Under the pieces are notes generated by a model that was given only the letters and a program-made list of their open reading frames with translations, searched no databases and was not told where the DNA came from. Shown here one piece after another: positions 55,399 to 62,786 of a stretch of DNA of 62,786 nucleotides. Location of the stretch: the NCBI GenBank assembly GCA_040235515.1, contig JBECKX010000064.1:1-62786 (forward strand). The letters are read 5' to 3'. Position numbers and translations under genes: made by a program. How positions within the stretch are numbered: the first letter of the stretch is position 1; each line of letters begins with the position of its first letter. This DNA comes from Candidatus Zixiibacteriota bacterium. Lineage in GTDB: Bacteria; Zixibacteria; MSB-5A5; CAIYYT01.

Positions 55399-57036
55399 TT
55401 ACCGTTCGACCTCAATAGATACCGGGTTAGTCCCGGAATCGACGGCCTCAAATGTCATCAGGACGTAGATGTCGGGCAGAATCAGCAGGGGGTGCCGCCC
55501 TGCCGGGCAGAGATTGCCATCCTGCGAGTAAGGTTGATTCAGGTGGTGGATCAGCAGGTAGGTTGACGCCGAATCGGAGACGTTCTTGTGCATGGTCAGA
55601 GGAGTTAGATTCTCCACTCCCGGTTCATCATAGTAGCCGTAAAATGTGACTCGCAGCGCTTCGAGCGGTACGGGAGTGTCGACATAGAGTGTATCATTGT
55701 GAACTCCAAAAGTCGCTGAATTGCTGAAGGGTTTGAGTTTCGCAAACGGTGGTGCGGTCCCCATTACGATCTGTTCCAGATAGACGGCGTCAGATAGAGA
55801 GACTACTGCTCCGTCACCGTTGATATCGCTGGCAGCGTATTGAGCTTCTCGGAACTGCGGGTTTGGGTCAAGGGCAAGATCACCTTGCCAGAGGAAATCC
55901 GCATATAATTCGTAGTCTTCGATTTCAGACTCGATGCCATTTAAGTTCATGTCACCGCGGCCATTGGGCATGTAGTCACAGTATGGTTCGTATCCACCTC
56001 CTTTAAGCACGATCAGACGCAGCACACGCGAGGCGCTCATTTCGCTACAGTCCGCGAAGTCCAAGTCTTCGACTGGCATTCTATAGGCAAGATGGAATCT
56101 ATTGTTGAGCAGCCCGTAACGTTTGCTGCTCTCCCGAAGGCTACGAGTGCGAATATTGCTTACAGCTGTGGTCTTTATCCCATCGCCAGATTCTATCACA
56201 TTCTCTGAGCACTCCTCCGAATGAAAGTTGACTGAACAATAGCCGCAGTCATAGGGCCACTCATTGGCTAATCGCGCCATCAATATTGCTATCTCACCGG
56301 GATACAACGTCCACTCGGAATCATCACTGCTGCGAAATTCAATCGAAACTACTATATGGTCTACTGAATCAGACGCCGTACCCGTAGCCTCAGAGAGGAT
56401 TTCGTAGTTCAAATTTGCAGAGGACTCAAGTGCTCTACCCGGAAGGATCGCTTCTAACTCAAGTTCCCGCGTTGACAATTCTATCGTTAGCCTAATGTCG
56501 CTTACGGAAATCGAATCACCAGTGTACAGTATGGACGTATTTTCCTGAACTCTCGGAAGGACTCGCCCCCGCGATGCTATCTCAAACACCAGCGGCACGA
56601 AATCGCGAACCTTGAAGTTTATATAAGCCGTATCAACCAATCCGGTAGCATCACCGGCGACTATCACGAATGCGCATTCCTTGCCAGAATCGGCAGCGGC
56701 TGGAGTGAACTCGAAGTGACCGGAGCCTGCGATTGAGTATTTTCCTCTGAGGGTGCTGTCAGTTGGTGTTGCAGTGAACCACTTCGGATTCTTCACCAGG
56801 CTGCCACCGGCTTGAAAGATGTACTGATACTTGATGTTGGGAGTGACAGTGACCGTGTCCTGGGGTGCGTTGACGATCTTGATCCAGCCAGCGGTCGCCT
56901 CTGAATCAGCGCGCAAAGCGGCGGGAAGCGCGATGCTGATGAAAAAAGCGAGAACCAATGATGCACATCCAAACAAGTGTGCAATTCGCCCCGGAAAAGA
57001 GGCGTCAGTTGCGATTGGCAGGGTTCGGCAAATCAC
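55399..57036 (-). CDS. secreted protein of unknown function with dockerin-like EF-hand pair plus a conserved ~110-aa C-terminal module
   Basis: 545 aa, GTG start, signal peptide ending ALRA. GDMNLNGIESEIEDYELYADFLW and SDINGDGAVVSLSDAVYLEQIVMG. The C-terminal module is shared with the 57688 gene. Confidence 0.7.
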   Translation of the reverse strand: MICRTLPIATDASFPGRIAHLFGCASLVLAFFISIALPAALRADSEATAGWIKIVNAPQDTVTVTPNIKYQYIFQAGGSLVKNPKWFTATPTDSTLRGKYSIAGSGHFEFTPAAADSGKECAFVIVAGDATGLVDTAYINFKVRDFVPLVFEIASRGRVLPRVQENTSILYTGDSISVSDIRLTIELSTRELELEAILPGRALESSANLNYEILSEATGTASDSVDHIVVSIEFRSSDDSEWTLYPGEIAILMARLANEWPYDCGYCSVNFHSEECSENVIESGDGIKTTAVSNIRTRSLRESSKRYGLLNNRFHLAYRMPVEDLDFADCSEMSASRVLRLIVLKGGGYEPYCDYMPNGRGDMNLNGIESEIEDYELYADFLWQGDLALDPNPQFREAQYAASDINGDGAVVSLSDAVYLEQIVMGTAPPFAKLKPFSNSATFGVHNDTLYVDTPVPLEALRVTFYGYYDEPGVENLTPLTMHKNVSDSASTYLLIHHLNQPYSQDGNLCPAGRHPLLILPDIYVLMTFEAVDSGTNPVSIEVER

Positions 57037-57101
57037 GTCGATATTTCTGGAAAGAGTTTCTAAGTCTGTTGTCTTTACCTGTCTTACACAATGATGCAGT
57101 A

Positions 57102-57587
57102 CTACGTTCCCTGGATCACGCCATTCTCGAAGTACTTGCGCAGCAGCATCAACTGCCCCAAATGGTAAGAATTGTGTTTGATGAGCAGGATCGCTTCACG
57201 CAGCAGCGTCTGGCCATCGCCATGCGCGAACGGTGTATTCAAATCGTTCGACTCATCCTGTACCAGCTCAATCATCTGCTTCAAGTCACTCCGGAAAGTT
57301 TTCACAGACTTGCTCCAATCGGCCGTCGACTTTGGCGCAGCGGACTCCGGCCAGTAATCAGCGGGCCAGTCGCGCGCTTCGTAATCAGGATTGATTGAGA
57401 AATCGAGGATATCCTCCTGCGCAATCCGCAAGTGCTCGAGCAACTGCCAGGCGGAGTGGGTGAAGCCGTGGGGGATGGTTCCGTAGTGTTTGCTCGGAAA
57501 GCCATCGATGATCTGGTCGAACATGGCGTGCGCGTTGGCTTCGGTGAGCATTGATGCAATGAGCCGGCGTGTTTCTCTATCTGACAA
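57102..57587 (-). CDS. DinB-family protein
   Basis: 161 aa. HSAWQLLEHLRIAQEDIL ... KHNSYHLGQLMLLRK. Confidence 0.8.
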   Translation of the reverse strand: MSDRETRRLIASMLTEANAHAMFDQIIDGFPSKHYGTIPHGFTHSAWQLLEHLRIAQEDILDFSINPDYEARDWPADYWPESAAPKSTADWSKSVKTFRSDLKQMIELVQDESNDLNTPFAHGDGQTLLREAILLIKHNSYHLGQLMLLRKYFENGVIQGT

Positions 57588-57687
57588 AGTGATCTCCAGA
57601 ATGGTGTTTACCTACCATGACAAACGACTTGCTTCAGTTATACGAGTCGGGAGATGGTAAATGGAGCGATCTGAAGGCTCCCAGGAT

Positions 57688-58377
57688 TTACCAGGGGGTG
57701 TAGCTGACGTGCATCAGGTTGCCGTCACAATCAGAGAATTCGGCGCGGAGGAGGAAGGCGTCGGGCGGAAGAGAGAAGAGGACATTGTTGCCTGCGGGCA
57801 GGCACTCTGATTGGAAGTCCCCGATGACTGTTTGCCATCCGAGAACTCTTAAGGTGTCACCGACCAAACCCGAGTCAAGTTTGAGGTGCGACTCGGCGGG
57901 ACCTTGTATCTGACTTGTATCCGAGGAATTCAGAAAAACGAAATGGTAGGCTCCGATTTCTGCTTCAGAGGTAGCCGCTACAATACCGTTGTCGATTCGC
58001 AACTCGACATCGAAAGCATACGGAATTAACTGTCGCTGCGGAGCGGCTTCACTGTGAAGAAGGTTGATTAGATATGCAAGGTCTGCAACCGAAAGGGCTA
58101 TTCCGTCCGCATTGAAATCGGAATAGCGAATTTGGGATGCTCTCACGCTCGAGTCTGGGTCAAGAGCTGCACTACCATACACCAGGTAGTTGCGGTATCC
58201 CACAGCACCCTCGATCGAAACGTCAAGACAGTTCCAGGTCCAGCACCCATGCCGAGGATCAATTGGAGCACTACTTACAGTCTCTGCGTCTCCGCAACCG
58301 CAACCTACAATCAAACTGATCGCCAGGAGCAGACCTGCCACTAAAAACCACTGACATCTTTTCATCTTGAGACTCAT
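57688..58377 (-). CDS. lipoprotein of unknown function with one dockerin-like repeat plus the same C-terminal module as the 55399 gene
   Basis: Start at MSLKMKRCQWF (AAAGGAA SD); the ORF is open to 58434. Lipobox-like LIVGCGCG. SDFNADGIALSVADLAYLINLL. Confidence 0.65.
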   Translation of the reverse strand: MSLKMKRCQWFLVAGLLLAISLIVGCGCGDAETVSSAPIDPRHGCWTWNCLDVSIEGAVGYRNYLVYGSAALDPDSSVRASQIRYSDFNADGIALSVADLAYLINLLHSEAAPQRQLIPYAFDVELRIDNGIVAATSEAEIGAYHFVFLNSSDTSQIQGPAESHLKLDSGLVGDTLRVLGWQTVIGDFQSECLPAGNNVLFSLPPDAFLLRAEFSDCDGNLMHVSYTPW

Positions 58378-58566
58378 TCCATTCCTTTTGTTTAGACCAT
58401 AGAAACAAGCTACATTAGTATACAATCCTATCAACAGTTTGTTCCCGGAATCAAGAGCTTATTCTACACACAGAAAACCGGGCGGTGGCAATAGGACCGC
58501 CCGGTCGTGAGTAAATCTCGGAGGTTGACCCTCGCGAGATTTGGAGGTTAGTGCGTTCTAAAGCAG

Positions 58567-59685
58567 TTACAGTTCTGACCAATGGATGGTATACACGGCA
58601 TCGTCGCTCGAGCTTTCACCATAGAAACTGACTATTTCTACTTTGTAGTTCTTGCCACCCGACTTCACGACATAGGTATGCCGTTTGGAAGTGAGTGTGT
58701 GTGTCTGGAAATTGTAGTTGTACCAGTCGGTCGCCGTGAAGGCGGAAGCCAGTTCATCCTGTACCCAGCGGAAGTCACCGAATTGGTTGACTGCTGTCAA
58801 TCCATCGAAGTCGGTCTTGTTCGAGAGTCCATCATAGGCGGCAAATGCAGCCACGTTGCCGCTTCCGGAAACAGTGCTATTGAGGAAGATATCGTATGCC
58901 TCGACGTAGATGTCCCATGCGGTCGAATTCTGAGGGTCAACCGGAGTGACCTGCTGGCCGCTGGAGAAATCGTAGTAGAAGCCGTTCGGGGCATCGACGG
59001 TATCGATCTCGGCAGTCCCGACCAGTGAGGAATCATTGAGGGTCGGCTGATAGAAGTACTTCAGGATCATTTTACCCTGCGCCGGCGGCTGTTGATCATC
59101 GAAACTGCCCAGCAACTGGAATTTCACGAAATGCCCTTCCGCATCGGACAAGACGTAGACATACTGTTTCGGCAGCAGTTGATGAGTAATCGGGTTATAG
59201 ATCCAGAGGCTGTCGAGTGCGAGATCATAGGAATCCTCCATCCACTGATCTGACGTCAACTGATCGACATCGTCTGCTGTAACCTCGGTAAACTTATTCG
59301 CGGCGACAATCCCGCTCTCGACAAGATCCACCGAGGTAGCGCCGCCGGGTCCGGAAACCCCGCCGTTTGACTTGATGAAGGCCCGCTTGAAGGCGATATC
59401 CCAATCCATCGACGTGGCGGCCTGGGCGTCGGTCAGCGGGACAACATCCCGATCCTCAAAGCTGTAGTAGGTGTACTGGTCGTAGCTGGTGGCATCGAGA
59501 GTCGTCACCCAGAACTGTCCCACTCCATCCCAGGTTGTAGTGGTGGTATTGTCCGGCGTGCCCGGACCGGTGCTATCGTCATTCGAACATCCTGTCAGGA
59601 TGACCAGCGACAACAAGAGCGACAGCAGTATCGCAATCGCTACAGGTGAGTTTGGCTTCGAATTCTGATTGATCAGATTGGTCAT
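58567..59685 (-). CDS. HmuY-like lipoprotein (two-domain form)
   Basis: 372 aa. Lipobox ILTGCSN. WDIAFKRAFIKSNGGVSGPGG resembles the HmuY-family core. It lies directly downstream of a TonB-dependent receptor, as hmuY/hmuR-type loci do. Confidence 0.6.
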   Translation of the reverse strand: MTNLINQNSKPNSPVAIAILLSLLLSLVILTGCSNDDSTGPGTPDNTTTTTWDGVGQFWVTTLDATSYDQYTYYSFEDRDVVPLTDAQAATSMDWDIAFKRAFIKSNGGVSGPGGATSVDLVESGIVAANKFTEVTADDVDQLTSDQWMEDSYDLALDSLWIYNPITHQLLPKQYVYVLSDAEGHFVKFQLLGSFDDQQPPAQGKMILKYFYQPTLNDSSLVGTAEIDTVDAPNGFYYDFSSGQQVTPVDPQNSTAWDIYVEAYDIFLNSTVSGSGNVAAFAAYDGLSNKTDFDGLTAVNQFGDFRWVQDELASAFTATDWYNYNFQTHTLTSKRHTYVVKSGGKNYKVEIVSFYGESSSDDAVYTIHWSEL

Positions 59686-59752
59686 GTTAGAACCTCATAT
59701 TGATAGAATGATTAGTTGCAGTGATATTGTTCTTCCGTTCCATCCTCGGTCT

Positions 59753-61936
59753 CTAGTTCGCGGCGCCCGTCCGAATGCGGATACCGGCATAGAATGAACG
59801 CGCCGGCCAGTAACCGTAGTCGACCTCTACGTCATCGGTAAGGTTTTCACCCCGCGCGAAAAGCTCCACATCTTTCCAGATGCGCTTGGCTATGCTCACA
59901 CTGATGTCGCTGCGGCTCGGCGCCCAGGTTTCAGATTCAAAGTCATTTTGCTCACCCAAGGGCACCCACAGTTTGCGCGACTGCCAGCTCCCCCAGGCCG
60001 TGACGGTTAGTCCGATCTTGTCGAAATCGAATGTCGAATAGAGTTTGAGCGTATGCTCGGGACGATTGAGCAGCCAGTGACCGGTTTCAAGGTTCTTGGC
60101 GGTCAACCAGGTGTATGCAAGATTGAAACCGACCTGCCGGCTAACCTTGACTTCACTCTGCCACTCGATACCGCGTGTGTATGCCTGGAAGACATTCTGG
60201 TATTCGTAGATCCCGCGCCAATAGGTGGCACTGAACCCCCGCAGGTCGAAGTCAATCATGTCATCGATGTTGTTATAGAAGTAGGTGATTCGATGCAGCC
60301 CGATCCCGGCGTAGCTGTACTCGATCGAGATCGACGCATTCTGAGATTTTTCAGGTTTCAGTTCATCTCCCCCGCCGGTGACTATATAGCCTGCAGCCGA
60401 GTGGTCAAACTCGAAGTAGATCTCTTTGATTGAGGGAGCCCTGAACCCTCCACCATAGAAACCACGCAGGCGCAGACGCTCGTGCGGATTGTACATGGCG
60501 TTGATGGAGGCATTGAGGTGTTCACCGAAAGTGGAGTGGTGTTCAAGGCGAATACCCGGCAGGAACACCAGGTTATCGATCGGCTTCCACTCGTATTGCA
60601 TGTAGGCATCGGCACTCTTGACATCCTGTTCACCGCCGCTGATTTCATCCGAAGTCAGCCCCTGGGTCATCAAGTCACCACCCATCGTGATCACATGACC
60701 TTCCTTGTAGCTGTGAGTGGCGACAACGGATGCTTCACCCAGGTAGTCCTCGGTGCGCGAGCGATCGGTCTGGCGCCCTGAGAGCGTAAATTTCTCCCAG
60801 AGATGGTCGTAGTAGGTGCCGTAGGCGTTGAAATCTATCTTGGTCCTGGGATTGGGCTGGTAGGTCAGATGCCCGCCGCCGCTGTAGCGATAGTTGTGCT
60901 CGTCATCATCGAATGTGAAGGTGAGCGGTTCGATGTATTCTGATTCTTTCCACTTCTTCATTTCGGCAAAGAAGCCGCCATGTATTGACATCGAGAGGGA
61001 GCGTGAGAGGCGTCGGCCGATTTTGCCGTCCAGATTGAATTTATTGCTGCGCTCAAGACCGTTGGTGTGGGGCGTCTCCTTGATCAGGTCAAAGCCATCG
61101 GTGCGATTGAAGCGCCCCCCCAGTTGCAGGTCCCACTCACCCAGTTGTGACTCGACCTCCGCATTGTGGACATAACTCTTGAATGCTCCATACTCGGCGA
61201 ATGAGTTGAGTCGCGTTTGACCCTGCGGTTTGCGCGTGATGATATTCACCACCCCACCGATGGCGTCTGATCCGTAGAGCGTGGAGCCGACACCCTTTAC
61301 CACCTCGATTTTCTCGACGTTTGCCAGTGAAATCTGGCCCAGGTCGATCGCACCGCGCACGCGGCCGACCAGCTTTTCACCATCGATTAAGACCAATACC
61401 CGCGTCGGATCGAGCCCGCGCAACGTTGCGCCGGTGCCGGAGAAGTTCTGATCGACATTGATCCCGACAGCCGCTTCAAGGGCCTGGTCCACAGTAGTGG
61501 CACCGGTGCGCGCAGCATCCTCACTTCTGATCACTTCCGTTGTCACTGGCACATCCTTGAGGAGATAGGGTGTGCGCGTGCCGGTAACTACCACCTCATC
61601 TGAGATGTAGGTTCGGGGCAGCAGAGCGATATGGAGGTCTACCGGCTGATCGCCTGGATTCAGCACCACGGTCTTCGGTTCGTAGCTGATGTGGGTCAAT
61701 TTGAGCGTGTACTCACCCGGTCGGGCGATTTCGAAATCGAAGTGCCCGGAGAGGTCAGACTGCACGCCGAATTCGAGTTCGGGCAGGTGGATGTTTGCTC
61801 CGATTACTGCGCCGCCGGTCACGGAGTCTACCACCACCCCGCTGACCCTGACAGCAGTTGCCGGGGAGACTAAGAGGGTCAACAATGCCAGTGCCGCAAG
61901 AAGGGTACGGAGCGGATATCTGGAACCAATAGACAT
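59753..61936 (-). CDS. TonB-dependent receptor with carboxypeptidase-regulatory-like N-domain (candidate haem/iron-complex receptor)
   Basis: Start at MSIGSRYPLRTLLAALALLTLLVSPATA (the ORF is open to a GTG at 61975). VSGVVVDSVTGGAVIGANI. Plug (DQALEAAVGINV...ATLRGLDPTRVLVLIDGEKL). GSTLYGSDAIGGVVNIITR. Long beta-barrel. Confidence 0.9.
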   Translation of the reverse strand: MSIGSRYPLRTLLAALALLTLLVSPATAVRVSGVVVDSVTGGAVIGANIHLPELEFGVQSDLSGHFDFEIARPGEYTLKLTHISYEPKTVVLNPGDQPVDLHIALLPRTYISDEVVVTGTRTPYLLKDVPVTTEVIRSEDAARTGATTVDQALEAAVGINVDQNFSGTGATLRGLDPTRVLVLIDGEKLVGRVRGAIDLGQISLANVEKIEVVKGVGSTLYGSDAIGGVVNIITRKPQGQTRLNSFAEYGAFKSYVHNAEVESQLGEWDLQLGGRFNRTDGFDLIKETPHTNGLERSNKFNLDGKIGRRLSRSLSMSIHGGFFAEMKKWKESEYIEPLTFTFDDDEHNYRYSGGGHLTYQPNPRTKIDFNAYGTYYDHLWEKFTLSGRQTDRSRTEDYLGEASVVATHSYKEGHVITMGGDLMTQGLTSDEISGGEQDVKSADAYMQYEWKPIDNLVFLPGIRLEHHSTFGEHLNASINAMYNPHERLRLRGFYGGGFRAPSIKEIYFEFDHSAAGYIVTGGGDELKPEKSQNASISIEYSYAGIGLHRITYFYNNIDDMIDFDLRGFSATYWRGIYEYQNVFQAYTRGIEWQSEVKVSRQVGFNLAYTWLTAKNLETGHWLLNRPEHTLKLYSTFDFDKIGLTVTAWGSWQSRKLWVPLGEQNDFESETWAPSRSDISVSIAKRIWKDVELFARGENLTDDVEVDYGYWPARSFYAGIRIRTGAAN

Positions 61937-62092
61937 CGCGAAGATATTACGCTTTGGAGAAGTCCTGGATGTCACGCGAATGTAAAAAACGCGGATCGGA
62001 ATACTGTATTTTTGAACAGTCTAAGCGGTTGTTGTTCTAATGGTTAACAATCTGGCGGATGCGCGATCTGGGCCGGTAGTCGCGAAGCAGGT

Positions 62093-62786
62093 TTAGCCGA
62101 GGCCGATGAGTTTGCCACCCTGATAGATGGCAAAGGCTGCGATCCAGGGTATCACGAACTGCAGCACCATCCCGAACCAGGTCCACTTGACCCCGATCTC
62201 ACGCTGCATCACAGCGATCACCGAGACGCAGGGAGTATAGAGCAAGACGAAGACCAGGAAGGCGAAAGCTGCGAGCGGGGTGATGCCGTTGCTGGGAGAT
62301 CCGATCGCATTGATCAGGCTGCTGGAGTTTTCGTCGACATCTTCACCGAGCTGGTAGAGTACTCCGAGAGTCGAGACCACGACTTCCTTGGCCACGAAGC
62401 CGGTGACCAATGCAATCCCCATTTGCCAGTTAAAGCCCAGCGGACGCAGAGTTGGCTCGATCATGCTGCCGAACTGACCGATGAAGGAATGCTCGATATC
62501 CTCGACGGCCATCTGGCGCTGAAGGTGTGCGACCTGCTGATCAGACTCAGGCAGCGGGGATTGCTGTAGTTGTTCGATCTGCGCGCTGAAGTCTTGCGAG
62601 TAGTGCTCGACTTTGGGGTAGTTACCCAGGAACCAGATCACGATCGAAGCGATCAGGATCACTCCACCGATTTTTTTCAGATAGACTCTGGCGCGCTCCC
62701 ACATGTGGAGCAGACCGGTCCTGAAGGTGGGTTTGCGATAGGGGGGGAACTCCATGAAGAATGGGTTCGATTCCTGTTTGAAGAGT
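62093..62786 (-). CDS. feoB: ferrous iron transporter FeoB, C-terminal membrane part (5' end outside the window)
   Basis: The frame stays open to the window edge (..LFKQESNPFFMEFPPYRKPTF..). FeoB gate motif PPYR.P and Gate/FeoB_C-type TM helices (VAKEVVVSTLGVLY, LYTPCVSVIAVM). Confidence 0.85.
   Translation of the reverse strand, partial: LFKQESNPFFMEFPPYRKPTFRTGLLHMWERARVYLKKIGGVILIASIVIWFLGNYPKVEHYSQDFSAQIEQLQQSPLPESDQQVAHLQRQMAVEDIEHSFIGQFGSMIEPTLRPLGFNWQMGIALVTGFVAKEVVVSTLGVLYQLGEDVDENSSSLINAIGSPSNGITPLAAFAFLVFVLLYTPCVSVIAVMQREIGVKWTWFGMVLQFVIPWIAAFAIYQGGKLIGLG

Noticed and set aside
62022-62060. Fur-box-like AT-rich segment (GATTGTTAACCATTAGAAC on the minus strand) upstream of the TonB receptor.
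   Set aside because: It matches the 19-bp GATAATGATAATCATTATC consensus at only a handful of positions, and only the outer TTGTT/AACAA arms are palindromic.
62763-62773. GGTTCGATTCC, a tRNA T-loop-like sequence.
   Set aside because: The flanks do not form a 5-bp T-stem (ATGGG versus CCTGT pairs at only 3 of 5 positions). No acceptor or anticodon arms are evident upstream. The site lies inside the open feoB reading frame.
1-62786. Scan for CRISPR arrays, IS elements or transposases, integrases, prophage genes, toxin-antitoxin pairs and known defence systems.
   Set aside because: No regularly spaced direct repeats, no terminal inverted repeats flanking a transposase-like ORF, and no nuclease, helicase or methylase cassettes were seen. 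The only DNA-level repeat found is the tandem lipoprotein duplication at 28.1-29.7 kb. Lon and the AAA-type motifs belong to housekeeping genes.

Overview
A 62.8-kb, moderately GC-rich, densely coding bacterial chromosomal segment with about 60 CDS, many joined by 1-4 nt overlaps. I found no rRNA, tRNA, CRISPR array, transposase, integrase or recognisable phage or defence genes. Clear housekeeping genes are gltX, queG, nfo, tmk, lon, nnr, ychF and lptF/lptG. Other confident calls are a fused aconitase-family hydro-lyase, a Nudix CoA pyrophosphatase, an AlkD-like repair protein, a YhaM-like HD/OB nuclease, a fused NDP-sugar pyrophosphorylase/phosphomannomutase, and the 3' part of feoB at the right edge. 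Between these lie envelope and signalling blocks. (1) A five-gene two-component operon at 3065-8390 has no output domain, and its hybrid kinase lacks a canonical start codon for its receiver domain. (2) A three-gene unit at 9055-15482 couples a TonB-dependent-type barrel, an 899-aa cargo with a T9SS-type C-terminal domain, and a PorV-family barrel. (3) Three secreted proteins carry dockerin-like EF-hand modules, and two of them share a further C-terminal module. (4) Two tandemly duplicated lipoprotein genes with a C2-domain-like signature share a conserved leader and terminator, and sit next to a PA14/PEP-CTERM protein. (5) An inositol-phosphate/inositol-lipid cluster contains MIPS, a PfkB kinase and a CDP-alcohol phosphatidyltransferase, and the MIPS carries a histone-H1-like Lys/Ala tail. 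(6) An HmuY-like/TonB receptor/FeoB iron-haem locus lies at the right end. Finding T9SS-type CTDs, a PorV homologue, dockerin-like modules and a PEP-CTERM signal together suggests an uncultivated FCB-group-like lineage, but that is inference, not an assignment. All family calls rest on motifs read by eye from the supplied translations; no database search was run.
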